Positions 1 through 13,382 of a stretch of DNA of 64,000 bases are shown here, piece by piece; positions within the stretch are counted from its first letter, which is position 1, and every line of letters begins with the position of its first letter. Location: NCBI RefSeq assembly GCF_009914755.1, contig NC_060926.1; one strand, written 5' to 3'. The DNA is from the human T2T-CHM13v2.0 reference genome, Homo sapiens. The notes under the pieces were generated by a model. The model was not told the DNA's origin. It saw only the letters and a program-made list of their open reading frames with translations, and ran no database searches. Made by a program: the position numbers and the translations under genes.

Positions 1-114
1 TTCTAGGTATGGGATTAAATGGGTCCACATTTTGTGTTTTTCTGAGTCACCAATTACAACAAAACTTGCTCATATACTTATGCCTATCTTAAAAAATAAT
101 TTATTTTAATAAAA

Positions 115-552
115 TAATAATAAGGCAAGAAAAAAAGACACCCAGATTTGAAAAAGCAAAAAATGTCTTTATTTGCAGACAAAATCATGTATGTAGAAAA
201 TCCTAAGGAATCTACAAATTAGCTACTAGAACTAATAAGAAAATTTAATGATGTCTCAGGATACAGGGTCAATATTTAAAAATTATTGTATTTCAACTTA
301 TAAGTGATGAATGTTTGGATAATGGGGTTTAAATAATCCATTTACAACAACATCCAAAATATAAAATAACTAGCAACAGACTTTATAAAAACATACAATG
401 AAAATTGAAGCACGTTGCTGGGAAAAAGAAAAAAGAAAACAAAATTCATAAAAAGACATTATATTCACTGAACAGAACACTTAGTATTTTTAAGACGTCA
501 GTTCTTATCAAATTTATGTGTAGACTCAATTCAATCCCAATCAACATTCCAA
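115..552 (+). mobile_element. Old LINE-1 (L1M) ORF2 reverse-transcriptase-region fragment, degraded
   Basis: tgtctttatttgcagac...gtagaaaatcctaaggaatctaca...ctactagaactaataag resembles L1 ORF2 'LSLFADDMIVYLENPKDSTKKLLELI'; A-rich, with stops and frameshifts. Confidence 0.85.
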
Positions 553-619
553 CATCAACATTTGGCTAGAGAGCAAAGTTGGGGTCAGATTGTGTAGGGC
601 TGTGTTAAAGAGTTGAGCA

Positions 620-730
620 TTACATGAGATAATGGATGTGAAGAAAGTGCTTAATAGGGGGTCGTGCAGAGGAAGTGCTCAAGAAATAGTATCATTGTCA
701 TTATTACCATTACTGTATTGTTGTTATTAT
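620..730 (+). mobile_element. MIR 3' fragment (short L2-like piece just upstream, ~563-620)
   Basis: atgagataatggatgtgaagaaagtgctta...aagtgctcaagaaatagtatcattg matches the MIR tail. Confidence 0.6.
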
Positions 731-1902
731 TTAACAAATGTTTTCAAGCCCACTTTGGCTTGTGTATGGGTTGAGGAAAACGCTACCCAGGCAGAAAGAT
801 AAAACTTATTCTCCATGCCTCTTGAGAAAAGAAGCAGCAATCCCCAGATGTAGGGAGGAGGGGAGCCCTGCTGGCTTTTAGTCAGCCTCACACAGGAAAG
901 GAGAGGTAGAGATTCTGCAGCGAACAAGAATCATGTCCGGGACTTCACAGACAGGGACACTCAAAGGTTGGATGATGCTCAATTGCAGCATCCACCTGCA
1001 GGGGCCTCACCCCACTTCTCACTTAATGATTGTCTCTGCTGTTAGGGAGCCCTTGAAAGCCAGGTGTTTTGTCTCCTTCCCAAAGCCTCAGAAGATAGAC
1101 GGGGGCCATGAGGGAGGTGGGGGCAGGGAAGGGGGAGTTCCTGTCTGTTCTTTTCTGCCCTTCCCTGTGCTCTCCACCTCTATCCCCTCTTCCTTCCCAA
1201 ACAGGTGGCAGGAATGTTAAGACTATGAATTCCATCAAGAGCAAGCAGGGTTCCTTAGGGCACCAGTTGGTAAGTGTAAGAGGCCTCATCCGCTTGCACC
1301 AGCAGCAGAAAGAAGCTGCAGGAAGAGTCTCTTTTGGGCATGAGAAGCTAAAGGAGGCTGGTGGTTTTCTGGTTAACTGCACAAGGCCTGCAAGTTCTAC
1401 AGATGTCCTTTGAGGACCAGAGCAGCCTCCTTTCCTCCCACACTCTCCAGACATGGGAGGCAGTAGGAGTTCAAAGCACTTCTCAGAAATTGAGCCTTTG
1501 GTTCTGCTGTCAGCAAAAGGCTGTGAAGCTCAGTCCCCGACACTGGGTAGGAGAAGGGTGAATGAAGACTAGGGGGTCTGGTGAAGGAAGTGGGGAAACA
1601 AACTCTTCATTTTTAAAGAGAGTGACCTGGCAAAACACAGAGAAGATACTTTGGGTTTGGAGGAACGTGCAAGAGGTCGAGAGTCACTGCCGAGGGGTTT
1701 TGATGCGGCACTGTGCTCCGGCAATGGGAAGGGCTGTGGTCAGGAAACAAAGCAGCAGGTGTGGCCCATGTGGAATTGTCAGGCAGGATTTACCTGTGGT
1801 GGCCCGTGCCGCACAGCCTGGCCCACCTTCTGTCCACCTCTGCTTTCCTTCTTAGGACCTCCTAGAAAGAAAGCTGGACCTTCCGAAAAGTAGCTTGGGA
1901 GG

Positions 1903-2124
1903 CAAATAACATTTATCGAATGCATCAATGTCTTAGGCCCCAAGCAAGGGTTTAACATGAGAATCTCTTTGAGTTCCCCTAGCATCCTATGAGGTAGACA
2001 CTATTAATATCCCCCAAGGCTCAGAGAAGTTAAGTCACTTACCAGGAAACACAACTATTAAATCAGGCCTGCGTTTGATCCCAGGGATGTTAAATTTGAG
2101 GCCTGAGCTCTTTCCATCATACTG
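1903..2124 (-). mobile_element. MIR SINE
   Basis: cctatgaggtagacactatt...aaggctcagagaagttaagtcactt is the MIR core in reverse orientation. Confidence 0.8.
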
Positions 2125-2479
2125 CGAAGTCTCAATTGTGGCATCACTGCAAAAGAAAAACCAACTGAACGTTGCTGTCACATGCAGAGAGAGAGACAAA
2201 GAAGAGAAAGGGGGATGCAGCTAAATGCTGGGCTTTTTGCTCTTGCAGGACCATGCCACAGAGTCCACCGTCTGGGGAGCAGGGCCTGTGAGCTACAGAT
2301 TCTCGAACAATACAATCATGGGTCAATGCCTGGGCAGAGAATAGGTTCTCTTTGAAGTTCATTATCTCCAGAAAGCTTTTCCAGCTTCCAGTCACTGCTT
2401 CACTCCAGTTTTCTTTCTTCTTTTTTCATCTTGGCTTATTTTAGTTGGCTTCTATGCCCATGACTATCACCCTCAACCA

Positions 2480-2735
2480 AAGACAGAGAGGCTCCAATGC
2501 AGGAGGCAGACAGATTTGGGCTTGAACCCAATGCCGCTTCCTTGCTGTGTGAGCTTTGGCAAGTTATTCTATTGCCTAATTTTTGGGGATTGTATTATGT
2601 TATGTTACATGTTATGTTTTGTTACATGATATTGTGTTATATTACTATCTTCTTCATGGTGTTATTATATTATTAAGATTGATGAGATAATGTGTGTCAG
2701 ATTTCTAGCAGGTTTCTTGGCATATTGCAACCACC
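2480..2735 (+). mobile_element. MIR SINE interrupted by a degenerate (TATGT)n tract at ~2595-2642
   Basis: agacagatttgggcttgaaccc...gctgtgtgagctttggcaagtta...gatgagataatgtgtgt. Confidence 0.7.
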
Positions 2736-3295
2736 AATACACTGAACATATACTGTCTATGTAACTTTCTCAGACTCAGAGATTTTTGTCTCTTTTATCT
2801 CCCACAATTCTTTTCTTTTCAAAATGTCACTTCCAGAATTTTTTCCCAGAAGAATCCAGTCCATTAAATAAGAATGTTTTTTCACTAAAATTTTCTTTCT
2901 GCATACTCTTAGGATTGTATGATGTTCGTCTGTCTCCCCCACCTACAACCTCCAGCAGAGAGAAGAGGGCTGAGCCAGTAGTGACAAGGGTGGGACTTTC
3001 ACATCTCTTTTATTCCCCCTGTAGCTTTTTGCTAAGGGCTAACTGATTTCACTTAAAAAAAAATTTTTTTTTAAGAGGCCTTCCATCCTGGTCAGACTTC
3101 ACCTTTTTGCACCTTAGTATTCTCGGCTAGAAAATGGAAATAATAAGTCCTCCCCCACTCACTTTACAGGGTCATCATAAAAACTCGATAAGATATATTG
3201 TTTAAAATATTTAAAAACCTTGGAATGCTTCGTGAATATAAGGCATTGTTATTCAAATACAGAGCTTCTTAAGAGCTTTACTTTTTAGCTCTGTG

Positions 3296-3755
3296 ATCAG
3301 TTAACTTTTGATGTGGAGCAGGCAACCACGAATTCTCAGAGGCGTGCAACAATAAACATTTATTTCTCACACATCTGTGGAGCTGAGCTGATGTAGGCTG
3401 GGCTTGCTTCTCCATCTGGGGGTGGTGTCGTTTGGCTGACCGTGTTGGGCCTGGCTGGGTTAGTATGGCTCCACATGTTTCTCATCCTCCTCCCAGGATT
3501 AGTGGGCAGCCCAAGCATGTCTTTCTTCAAAATGATGCTGGATACATAAGAGAGCAAGCAAAAACATACATGGCTTCTTGAAGCCCAGGCTTGGAATTGG
3601 TATGCCATTGCTTTTACTGGCCAAGCAAGTCACATGGGTGGCATCAGGGATGGGCTTATGCATCATCTACTGTGGGAGGAGTTTTCTAAGTATGATGAGG
3701 GCACAGATACAGGGAGCGGTGACCATTACGAACATTAATGCGAATCCTCCACACT
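3296..3755 (-). mobile_element. ERVL-MaLR solo LTR (old MLT1 family)
   Basis: caacaataaacatttatttctcac...gcccaggcttggaattgg...ctggccaagcaagtcacatgg are MLT1 motifs. Confidence 0.75.
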
Positions 3756-4649
3756 GTGTTTCTTGATCTGCCAGGACAGGGTTCTCTGAAGGCCAGTAGA
3801 GGTTCAGTGCTTCCAAAAAAGGATGCTGGGCTCAGGTAGGTAGACAGAGTTCATCACCTCTATCATGACTGATTGGCTCTAAGGCCCAATGACAAAACTC
3901 TTTACTTCTGTAAAGTGTTAGACAGTGAAGAAGATGAAAAGGCCATCATGAAATTCAGTCTCTGCTTTTAGTTTTTGTTTGAAATTCGGTCTCATTGTTG
4001 TGTTTGTTTTGTTTTGTTTTGTTTTTCCATATTTTCTCCCAAGGGTTATTACTTTCACAACAGTGGAAAAATATTCCTTATGTTCTCTCCCCTCTCCTTC
4101 CCAGGATTCCTTTAGATTCCTGTGTGTGCCTGAGGGAGCTAGAAGAGAAATACATAAAACATATAACTGTGGGACTCTTGTCTGAGCCCATCTCCATTCT
4201 TAAGTCCCATTCACCCCCACAAAAGCTTTCCTTAGAGCCAATTATGTTCCTTAGGCTACCATATCCCCATAAACAGACGTGAGCCACTGTGGGTTCCTAG
4301 TAATGAGATTTTGTTTGGCAGTTTTATTTGCAAATGACTCCAAAGATCTGAGTAAAACATCTTAGAGCAAGAAATTCTGGGTTAGAAATTTTCAAACCAG
4401 AACACTTCTTCAAAGGAAGATGAGGTTGAGAGAGGGGGTGGCGGTGAGGCAGGGATTGATTTTAATGGGCCAGTATCCAGGGCTCCAGATGTTTCTTCAA
4501 AAGGAATCTCCCAAATTATTGAGCCCAAGTTACAGAATAAGCGAGAAAGAAAATGGTCTACAGAATCTTTGATTGGGTCCGCATGAATTCATTAAAAGTG
4601 GTTGTCAGGGAGATGTGAGGGGTGGGGAGGCTTGCACATATGTATATTA

Positions 4650-4687
<38 letters not shown>

Positions 4688-4698
4688 ACACGTACACA
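4650..4698. repeat. (CA)n microsatellite with CG-interrupted tail
   Basis: acacacacac...cacgcacacgcacgcacacgtacaca seen directly. Confidence 0.95.
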
Positions 4699-5146
4699 AA
4701 GAGCTTGGTGTACTGGTCTTGTCAAATGCTTTCCTCCCTCTGTCCCTCCCCACGAAATTAAATCCAAGGTCTGGAGTTTTGCCCTTTAGGTTAAAAACAA
4801 AAAAAACAACAAAAAAAACAAACTGCTGCTTTTCCAAAAAGCATTAAAGAGAGAAAAAATATAACAGCAGCTACTGACTTGAATTGAACTTAAAATTTCC
4901 CAGGAAGAATCTGCTCAGAGCCGAACTCAGAAACTTGTTGCAAGCTCCCCAGACATGAGAAAATAAACTTCTATTAAGCTGGCACTGAAGTGCCTGGAAG
5001 GGTGTTCAACCCTTAGAACAACTCTTAGCTTTCCGAGGAGTTTCAGGGTTGGAAGAACAACTTTGCCAATTCTACCCTCAACTTGGAACAAAGCATTATA
5101 CATCTGGAGGAGTCTGGTGGTTTAATGCTTTCTTTTCCATCCAAGA

Positions 5147-5420
5147 TTATTCATTCATTCAATAAATATTTAGTGAGAACATACTACCTACTGGGCACGG
5201 TGCTAGGTGTTGAGATGTGGTGATCAGGGTGAACAAAACAGACATAGTCATTGTCCTCCTGGAATTTGCACTTTATTGGAGGTAGGGGAGCACAATTAAC
5301 TAATTACGTTTACTTGAGATAAGTGTAGTTAAAGAAACAAACAAGATCCAGAGACAGAAAGTAGCAAGGACTTACAGGATGATCAGGGAAGTCTTTTCCA
5401 TGAAGGTAACATTTAAACTA
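5147..5420 (-). mobile_element. L2 LINE 3' end
   Basis: attcattcattcaataaatatttagtgag...gggcacggtgctaggtgttgag is the reverse complement of the L2 3' terminus. Confidence 0.85.
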
Positions 5421-8400
5421 CATAATGCTGATATTTTGAATCTGAACCTGAGGATCTCAGAATTTTCCACTTCTCCCTCTGAAACAGAGGAGGTTTTGGT
5501 CCACAGGAGAGGCTAAGGGTTGATTCAGTCAAAGTCTTTGGAGTTCAGATTAGCCCTCGCAGTTAGCTAGAAGTGGGGATGGAAACTTAATACACTTGAA
5601 TTCACACACCTCCGGAAGTATTTATGGCTACTTCTGGTTCTGACGGCAAGGTCAGGTGAATCAACTTGGTCTTATGAATATAGTTGTTTTCCATATCCCT
5701 TGTTGAAAATAGAAGCAGGTTTGAATCAACGTAAAGAGGAAGTTGTTAAACACCATGAGAAACTTCCAAATCAGGTGTGTCATGGACTCTTTCTCTACCT
5801 GAGATAAAGATGAGTCTGAATAAAATAACTGAGAAGTGGACTTAGGTGAAAATGAGAAGATAGTAAAGATGATTTGTCACAAATTGTAGGGAACAAAATC
5901 CAACACCACACTAAGAAAATAATATACTATGACAAGGTGGGACCTATTACAAGAATGCCAATTTTGTTCAGTTTTAGAAAATACATTAGAATAATATACA
6001 TTAGTATAACTCAGGAAAAATATTGTGATTATCTCCAGAGATGATGAAAAAGCCTTTGAGCAAACTGAACACCTACTCCTAACAAAAGCACTCAAGAATA
6101 TACAAATTAATGGCTGTTTCTTTGACAAGATAAGAAATATATAGTTTGGTCTTAACACCAGTATCTGTGCTAATGAGAAAATATTAGGGGCATATTTATT
6201 AAGATCAGAAATAAATAATATCCTCTCTCCCCTTTATTTGACATTGTACTGGAGATATTAGCCAATGCAATTAAACAAGGTAAATTAAAGGTATAAAAAT
6301 TAGAAACAAATAAGTTAAACTGTCAGTATTTGCAGATGATATGATAGTATACATGGAAAATTCAATCAATTATAAAATGAACTCAAACAATAAAATATTT
6401 TGCTAAATTTAGAAAAGATAAGAGAATTTAAAATTAATACTCAGAAATCAATAGTTCTTATATACAAAACCGAACACCAGTTAGAGGATATGATAGGGAA
6501 AACCTCATTTAAAATCCAAAGGGGAGAACTTTAAAGCTTCCTTAATGAAACAAAAGTAGACCTGAACAAACAGAAAGACAACTTTTTGCTTTTTTTTTTT
6601 TTTTTGCTTAGGATGTTTTAATATCATAAGGTTGCCATTGTTCTCTTAGCTAACTTATAAATTGACTACAATCCTAATAATCACATTAAAATTTTTTATA
6701 GTGAAATTGATACTGAAGTTATATGGAAAAAATAAGAATAACTAGAGAAATATTAAGAAATTAAAAGAGAGCTACAATGAAAGATTAACTCTGCCTAAAT
6801 TTAAAAGGCATTCTAAAGTTTCTGTGATTGAACTAGTAAGAACCTTGTGCGTAAGTGGAAAGACCAACTAATGAAATAAAATATGATCTGAAAGAGACCC
6901 ATATGCATGTGAAAATTTAGTATATAATAAAAATGCAAGTTCTAATCACTTGATAGTCATTCCTTTAAAGAGATACAATGAAATCCATACCTTAAACCAT
7001 ATAAAAGAATAAACCTCAAATGTATGAAAGATAGTATATATAGAAAATAAAACCTTATAAGTCCACAATTCTAGTTAGAAGAAAATATCATTAATTTCTG
7101 ACTTGATCTGACCTGGGTCTAACTATAATTTGGAATCCTGTAATAATAAATGATAATAGTAATCAAAATGATGATAAAGAATAAAATTTGACTAGGTAAA
7201 GTTTAGAAACAACAAATTTGAATGTTCAAAAATATTATCAGCAGTAAAGTCAAAAGCCAAGTGACGAACTGGTAGAAAATGTTTCTATATATATCAGAGA
7301 TAAAAAGTTAATGTCCCCAAAGTATAAAGAATTTTTGAAATTGAGAATAAGCGGAAAACCAAAAACCAATATAAATGGGCAAAAGATATGTTCATATAAT
7401 TTAAGTGGTCCCTAAATATATAAAAATATCTTCAACTTTCAAATATCCTTAAACATATAAACATACATTCAAATATGTTTCTTGTAATAAGAGGAATGAA
7501 AATTAAATATAATGAGATACCATTTTTCACCTATCAGAATGGTAAAACAATTTTTTTTAAACTCTTAACACACTGTTGACAAAGCTGTGAGAAGAAATAC
7601 TCTCAGTGTTAGGAGGAATGAAAAATAATGCAACTCTTTGGAGAGGAAGTTGCAATCTCTAACACAAATACATATGTGTTTCTCTCTTGAGGTGGCAATC
7701 CCTATTCTAGAAATTTACTCTGAAGCTATACCTCTAACAATATGAATATGAAAATACATGTACACAAAGTTATTCACTGCAGCAATGTTTATAATTGCAA
7801 AATATTAGAAACAACCTAAAATTTCCATATGTACTAGACTGAATGTGCAATGATACATCCACTCAATGGAGTAGTATGGAGTTGTGAAACAAATGAGGAA
7901 GATCTTTATGCTTGACACAGAGTGATTTTCAGGATATTTTATTGAGTGGAAAAAGCAAAGAGCAAAAGAGTATTTCTGCAATGTATACTATACTACATTT
8001 TGTGTAAAAAAGAATATATACAATGTATGCTATGCTACGTTTTGTAGAAGAGGAAGACAGATGAAAATAGACATATTTACAATATCTGTCTAATTTTGCT
8101 GGCAGAAACACAGGAAGAATAAACCAGAAATGGATACAATTTGTGATCTATAGAGGATGTGGGGAAATGGGATGGAAAGGACGAGTGGTGGGCGTAGGGG
8201 ACGGCACTTCTCTGAATATACCTTTTGTATCATTTTTAGTTTTGGAACCATGCTGACATTTTACCTACCAAGAAAAAGCACTAACTATATCATAAATGAA
8301 GAACATTACCACACTGAACTAGGGAAAAAATTTAAAAACTAATACAAGTAACATTTGAACTCAATTCTTTGACTATAGACCATCAGACTAAATACAAAAG

Positions 8401-8575
8401 GAAACATAAACATTAAAATGTAGTTAACAGTTTTTGTCTAACACATAGTGTTAGCAATTCAGAAACCACTTTATGTGAAACGTAGAAATGAGTGAGTGAG
8501 CAAATGCATAACTATATTAAGGATAAAGGAGAGTAGGTTTCTGACTGTTGAAGACAATTAAAAATATGTACAGAG

Positions 8576-8880
8576 GGCCGGGCACAGTGACTCATGCCTG
8601 TAATCCCTGCACTTTGGGAGGCTGAGGCGGGTGGATCTCTTGAGGTCAGGAGTTCGAGACCAGCCTTGCCACCATGGTGAAACTCCATCTCTACTAACAA
8701 TATAAAAATTTAGCCGGCCGTGGTGGCACGTGCCTGTAATCCCAGCTATTCGGGAGGCTGAGGAAGGAGAATCACTTGAACCCAGGAAGCGGAGGTTACA
8801 GTGAGCTGAGGATTGTGCCATTGCACTTCAGCCTGGGCAACAGAGTGAGACTTAGTCTCAAAAAAATAAATAAATAAAAT
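8576..8880 (+). mobile_element. AluS (Sx-like), full length, inserted into the L1
   Basis: Dimeric Alu with A-rich tail; degenerate TSD ...gtacagag on both sides. Confidence 0.97.
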
Positions 8881-9071
8881 AATAACGTACAGAGGAAAAT
8901 CTCGAATGTACCAATAGTAATAATCTTGGGTTAAAATTGTTGGCATCAGCAAAAACTCATGGTTTTATTAAATATATTAACATTTAATAAATAATATGTA
9001 TTAATATATAATTTCATATATACGTACATCTATATGTATCTTATATGTATTTCTTTTTTATATATAACATC

Positions 9072-9094
9072 TGTGTGTGTGTGTGTGTGTGTGT
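9072..9094. repeat. (TG)n microsatellite
   Basis: Direct observation. Confidence 0.95.
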
Positions 9095-10012
9095 ACACCC
9101 CTCCTGTCCTATGAATAGCTGTGTTCACTGAAGGAAGCAATGGCACTTCAATAAAAACGAGCACATCTAGTCCCAAGACCTTGTTTCTAAGTACCATTCC
9201 TCAACAAAAAGAATCCTCAACAAAAAGACATTTCCTGAAGAAATGTCTGATGCCATAGGCTGGTTGGAGCAAAGAAGGCCTAACATGATCGTGAATTACC
9301 TTATTGTACCAGAAAAAAAAAAAACTATGAAAAAATGATGGCGATATATCAAAAAGACTCAGGATCCAGTGTGAGCAGCTCTTATTGGGCAAGTCTTGGA
9401 AATTTGAACAACAAAATCAACAACGGTTAGTTACACATTAACATGTTTGACAAAATAAGAATCCATGAGTCCAGACTGATATAAATTAATGAGTGAATAA
9501 ATGAATAGGTGATTGAGAAGAAAGGAAAGCTTCTCTTCACAATAGAATGCCAATTAACAAATACAAAAGGAACAATGGAGTTAGAAAAGAGTTAGAACAC
9601 TACCATTTTGCAGCAATTACAATAATAATTAGTTTAGGTAAGAATCATGAATGGGTGATACATTTACGGAGACTGTTTGATGAGGAACTGGATATTACAT
9701 AGCCTCACAGTGTTTCTCATAGGCTATTTCTAATTCTAGAGGAAAAATAGTAACTTCACAGTAAGAAGCATGGTGGACACCACCTTAACCAAATGATTCA
9801 AGTTATCAATAACAACGGGACAATCTGACATGTGTTTCCCAATATACAGATGAAAAAGAGCATAGCATCACAATTTTACAACATAAATCTAAGCAAAAGG
9901 AAAGAAAAGACAAACCCAATTGAAGGAGAGCCACATTAAGTAATTGGCTTGAACTCTTCAAAATGCGAAGGTTATAGAAGTCAAAGGAAAGACTGGGTTA
10001 ATATTCTTCTAA

Positions 10013-10327
10013 CACTGTAAGTCTCAGCCTAAATCCAAAGGCCTGAGAACCAGGAGTGCAGACATCCAAGAGCAGGAGAAGAGAGATGGCCTGGCTCAAG
10101 CAGAGAGTCAATTTGCCCTTCCTTCATCTTTTTGTTCTATTCAGGCCCTGGAGGGATTAAATGATACCCAGCCTTCACTGGGGAAGGTAATCTTCATTAC
10201 TCAGTCTGCTGATTCAAATGTTAATCTCTTCCAGAAACACCCTCACAGTCACACCCAGAAATAATGTTTTAACAGCTACCTGGTCATCCCTTACCTCAGT
10301 CAAGTCGATACATAATTAACCATCATA
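10013..10327 (-). mobile_element. ERVL LTR fragment (MLT2 family), 5' part
   Basis: Reverse complement reads tgatggttaatt-atgtatcgacttgactgaggtaagggatgacc-aggtagctgttaaaacattatttctgggtgtgactgtgagggtgttt, the MLT2 5' start. Confidence 0.85.
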
Positions 10328-10714
10328 GAGCCAGAACATGCAATAACTTGGAAATAATTCAGTCATTGTGCAAGGAGTTACCTAGACTCTGTTTTAGGCT
10401 GGAAGGTGGGAGTGAGATATAAAATGCATACAGTGATCAGGAGGCTACGAGTACTAGAAAGAACTAGAAAGCTTTAACTCTTTCATGGCAATAATAAAAT
10501 TCAAGATTGTTACTAGGAATAAACTGTACCAGAGTTATGTGAGACCCAAACACAGTCAGAATTAGACTTTGGAGGTATTTGTTGAATTGAACTGAACCCT
10601 ATAGCTCCCCATTGTTCATAGAGTGCCTACAACCTGTGGCCACTGCACTAGGCATTCAGGATTCAGAATGTTGAGAGGACTATGAGAAGTAACGTGGCTA
10701 AGCATGGAACCAGA

Positions 10715-10820
10715 GAGAGTTGGCCCAACCCTTTCATTTACAAATGAGGAAACTGATGCCCACAGTGAGACTGGCCTGGCCCAACATTACACAACCAGTT
10801 TATGGCAAAGCAAAGAGAAA
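10715..10820 (-). mobile_element. MIR core fragment
   Basis: catttacaaatgaggaaactgatgcccacag. Confidence 0.7.
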
Positions 10821-10996
10821 CACCTGTTTGGGTAGTGAGGGTTGCCTTTTAGGTGCCCTGACCCCATTTTTACCACCAAGGATTGAGGAGGAATTGCAGT
10901 ACAAAGAGACAAGAGATAGAAAAAATTTGAGCGTTGCTGCTGCTATAGACCCTCCATCCAGCAAAGCCTTGAGAGAGATATTCTACCACCGGGCTG

Positions 10997-11597
10997 GGAC
11001 TGTAAACTAGTTCAACCATTGTGGAAGACAGTGTGGCGATTCCTCAAGGATCTAGAACTAGAAATACCGTTTGACCCAGCCATCCCATTACTGGGTATAT
11101 ACCCAAGGGATTATAAATCATGCTGCTATAAAGACACATGCACACGTATGTTTATTGTGGCACTATTCATAATAGCAGACTTGGAACCAATCCAAATGTC
11201 CATCAGTGATAGACTGGATTAAGAAAATGTGGCACATATACACCATGGAATACCATGCAGCCATAAAAAAGGATGAGTTCATGTCCTTTGTAGGGACATG
11301 GATGAAGCTGGAAACCATCATTCTGAGCAAACTATTGCAAGGACAGAAAACCAAAGACCACATGTTCCCACTCATAGGTGGGAATTGAACATTGAGAACA
11401 CCTGGACACAGGGTGGGAAACATCACACACTGGGGTCTGTCGTGGGGTGGGGGAAGGAGTGAGGGATAGCATTAGGAGATATACCTAATGTAAATGACGA
11501 GTTAATGGGTGCAGCACACCAACATGGCACATGTGTACATATGTAACAAACCTGCACATGTACCCTAGAACTTAAAGTATAATAATAAAAATAATAT
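10997..11597 (+). mobile_element. 5'-truncated primate L1PA (PA4/5-like) 3' end with 19-bp TSD
   Basis: ORF2 C-terminus (WKTVWRFLKDLELEIPFDPAIPLLGIYP; DWIKKMWHIYTMEY), G-rich 3' UTR, cttaaagtataataataaaa end; perfect TSD atattctaccaccgggctg at 10978-10996 and 11598-11616. Confidence 0.97.
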
Positions 11598-12495
11598 ATA
11601 TTCTACCACCGGGCTGCTAACTTGGCAAGGGCTGAAAGAATCCAACCGAGAAGAAAATAGGCCATCATTGTGCCCCTCTCCACATCAAAATGCAATTACT
11701 GAGCTTTTCTTAAGAGCTCAGCACTGTGCTAGATGTTGTCCATGTTGATCTTCACAACTGCAGAGGCTGAATTACTATATGTTTATGTGATAACTAAATA
11801 TTCTATTATGCTTGCATTTGTCTTTGGTGAATATTATTGAAGTCGTTTACTGCTACGGTTTCCTCTGCAGTTTTTCTACTAGTCCATCACACTCTTCTTT
11901 TTGGCTCTATTTTTACCCATACTCAGTTAGTTTCTTGTGGCAGGCTACGTGTGTGTGAGGTTCTGTGTGTATGTGTGTTTGCGCAAACATGGTTTTGTGT
12001 CAGTATACCTCATAGATATGAAAACAGTTTCTGTTCAAACAGTACCCACACTTAGACTCCATATTAATCTTGGCTCAATTCTGTGAAAACTGGCCCTGAA
12101 GTCTGTGACCCCCCTTACTCACCTCTTTACCTCATCTCAACCAAAAGAATCCACTTCAAGAACACCTTCCGCACAAGCTCTTCAAATATCTCAAGTTCTC
12201 TTTTCCAGTATGGTGTTGCAGGGTGTAGTGAAAAATGCATGAGTTTGGAGTCAGATTCCCGTTCCATTTCTGGTTGTATCCTATATTACCACTTGGAGTT
12301 GTTGGCAGTCTTAGGTGAACACAGGAGGCAATTCTTTTTTTACAGTGACTGACAGAGAGGTGAGCAAGAAATGTGAGTCTCTTATTTATTCCCAGCCCCT
12401 CTATCTTAACTTGTTGAAGGTAAAGACCAGTGGATCTGAATTTAGATTATTTACCCTCCCATGTGTGGGGAACACACACACGTGCACACACACAC

Positions 12496-12958
12496 CAGGC
12501 TGGAATTTCTTCAGTTTGTTCCTCCGGGTCTACTCTATACTTCATGGAAGCTGATCTTATGACTTACATCAATGGTCTCCCTTGTCCTCTGGCTTCTATT
12601 AGATTTGGCAAATGGGGAGCCCTGGCAGATCACTGAAGGGAGGACAGAAGTTGTAGTATTTATTCCTGTGATATTCTCTCCTGGTGTGTCACCTTGGGCT
12701 GTCTGCGTCCCTTGACAGAAGGTCACCCTCTTGTCAGGCATCACTTTTCTCACAGTTCTCTCTGTCTCTGGGTTCCAACACCACTCCCTCTTCTTGACCC
12801 TTAACGCCTAGGGGTGATTATAGCTCCAGCTGTTATTAGCACGGAGGACTGCACGATCCCTTATGATTTCACTACACCCAGTAAATAGAACCTTTATTAA
12901 GCTTTTCCCAAATAACCCAATTTCAGTGCACTGTCTGTTTTCTGCTTGGACTTTCACT
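12496..12958 (+). mobile_element. ERVL solo LTR (LTR33-like)
   Basis: ctctggcttctattagatttggcaaatgggg...gtatttattcc...gcctaggggtg...gtaaatagaacctttattaa...acccaattt matches my recollection of LTR33. Confidence 0.75.
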
Positions 12959-13010
12959 CACGTACGTGCATGCACACACACACACACATACACACACGCA
13001 TGCACACTCA
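12959..13010. repeat. Imperfect (CA)n / alternating purine-pyrimidine tract
   Basis: cacgtacgtgcatgcacacacacacacacatacacacacgcatgcacac. Confidence 0.9.
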
Positions 13011-13234
13011 TACCCACGTACTCTCTATATACGTGTACATTGAGTGCTATGGAATTTTTAGGGTTCTTTGAGGACAACTTCCTGGAAGAAGAATAATGGG
13101 AGATGTGCTCAGAGGCTGGTGAGCGTTTAATTGACCTGGTTGTGAGCACAATGGGAATGCTTTTCTGAACCTTCCATTTGCCTCCAATTTAGAATAACTG
13201 CTTAGTCAGCAACATGTCTCCAATTAACATGACA

Positions 13235-13382
13235 GATTTTTTGGACCACAGATCTCTTTGGGAATCTTATGTAAGCTGTGAAACTTCTCCCTTAAAAAAC
13301 CTACATATTTAATTCTGTCTGTAATTTTAGGACTTCACATATCCCCAAAGACCATTCATGATCCACCAGGGTTAAAGACTTG
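13235..13382. mobile_element. hAT-Charlie-type MITE remnant (MER family uncertain)
   Basis: ttttggaccacagatctctttgggaatcttatg...ccagggttaaagact resembles small hAT elements ending in aggttaagaacc. Confidence 0.5.

Larger units (their letters stand above)
5900..9995 (+). mobile_element. Old LINE-1 (L1MC-like) ORF2 3' half plus long 3' UTR, degraded and interrupted by an Alu; may be more than one fragment
   Basis: Decayed RT motifs: gatgaaaaagcctttgag (AEKAFD-like, ~6043) and ttt gca gat gat atg (FADDM, 6329-6343); C-terminal atgagataccattttt and gcaatccctattctag motifs; L1MC-type 3' UTR motifs (aatccatgagtcca, caccaccttaaccaaatgat). Confidence 0.88.

Noticed and set aside
5900-8270. Reverse transcriptase motifs suggesting an RT-based system
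   Set aside because: Decayed L1 ORF2 with many stops and frameshifts; an ordinary fossil.
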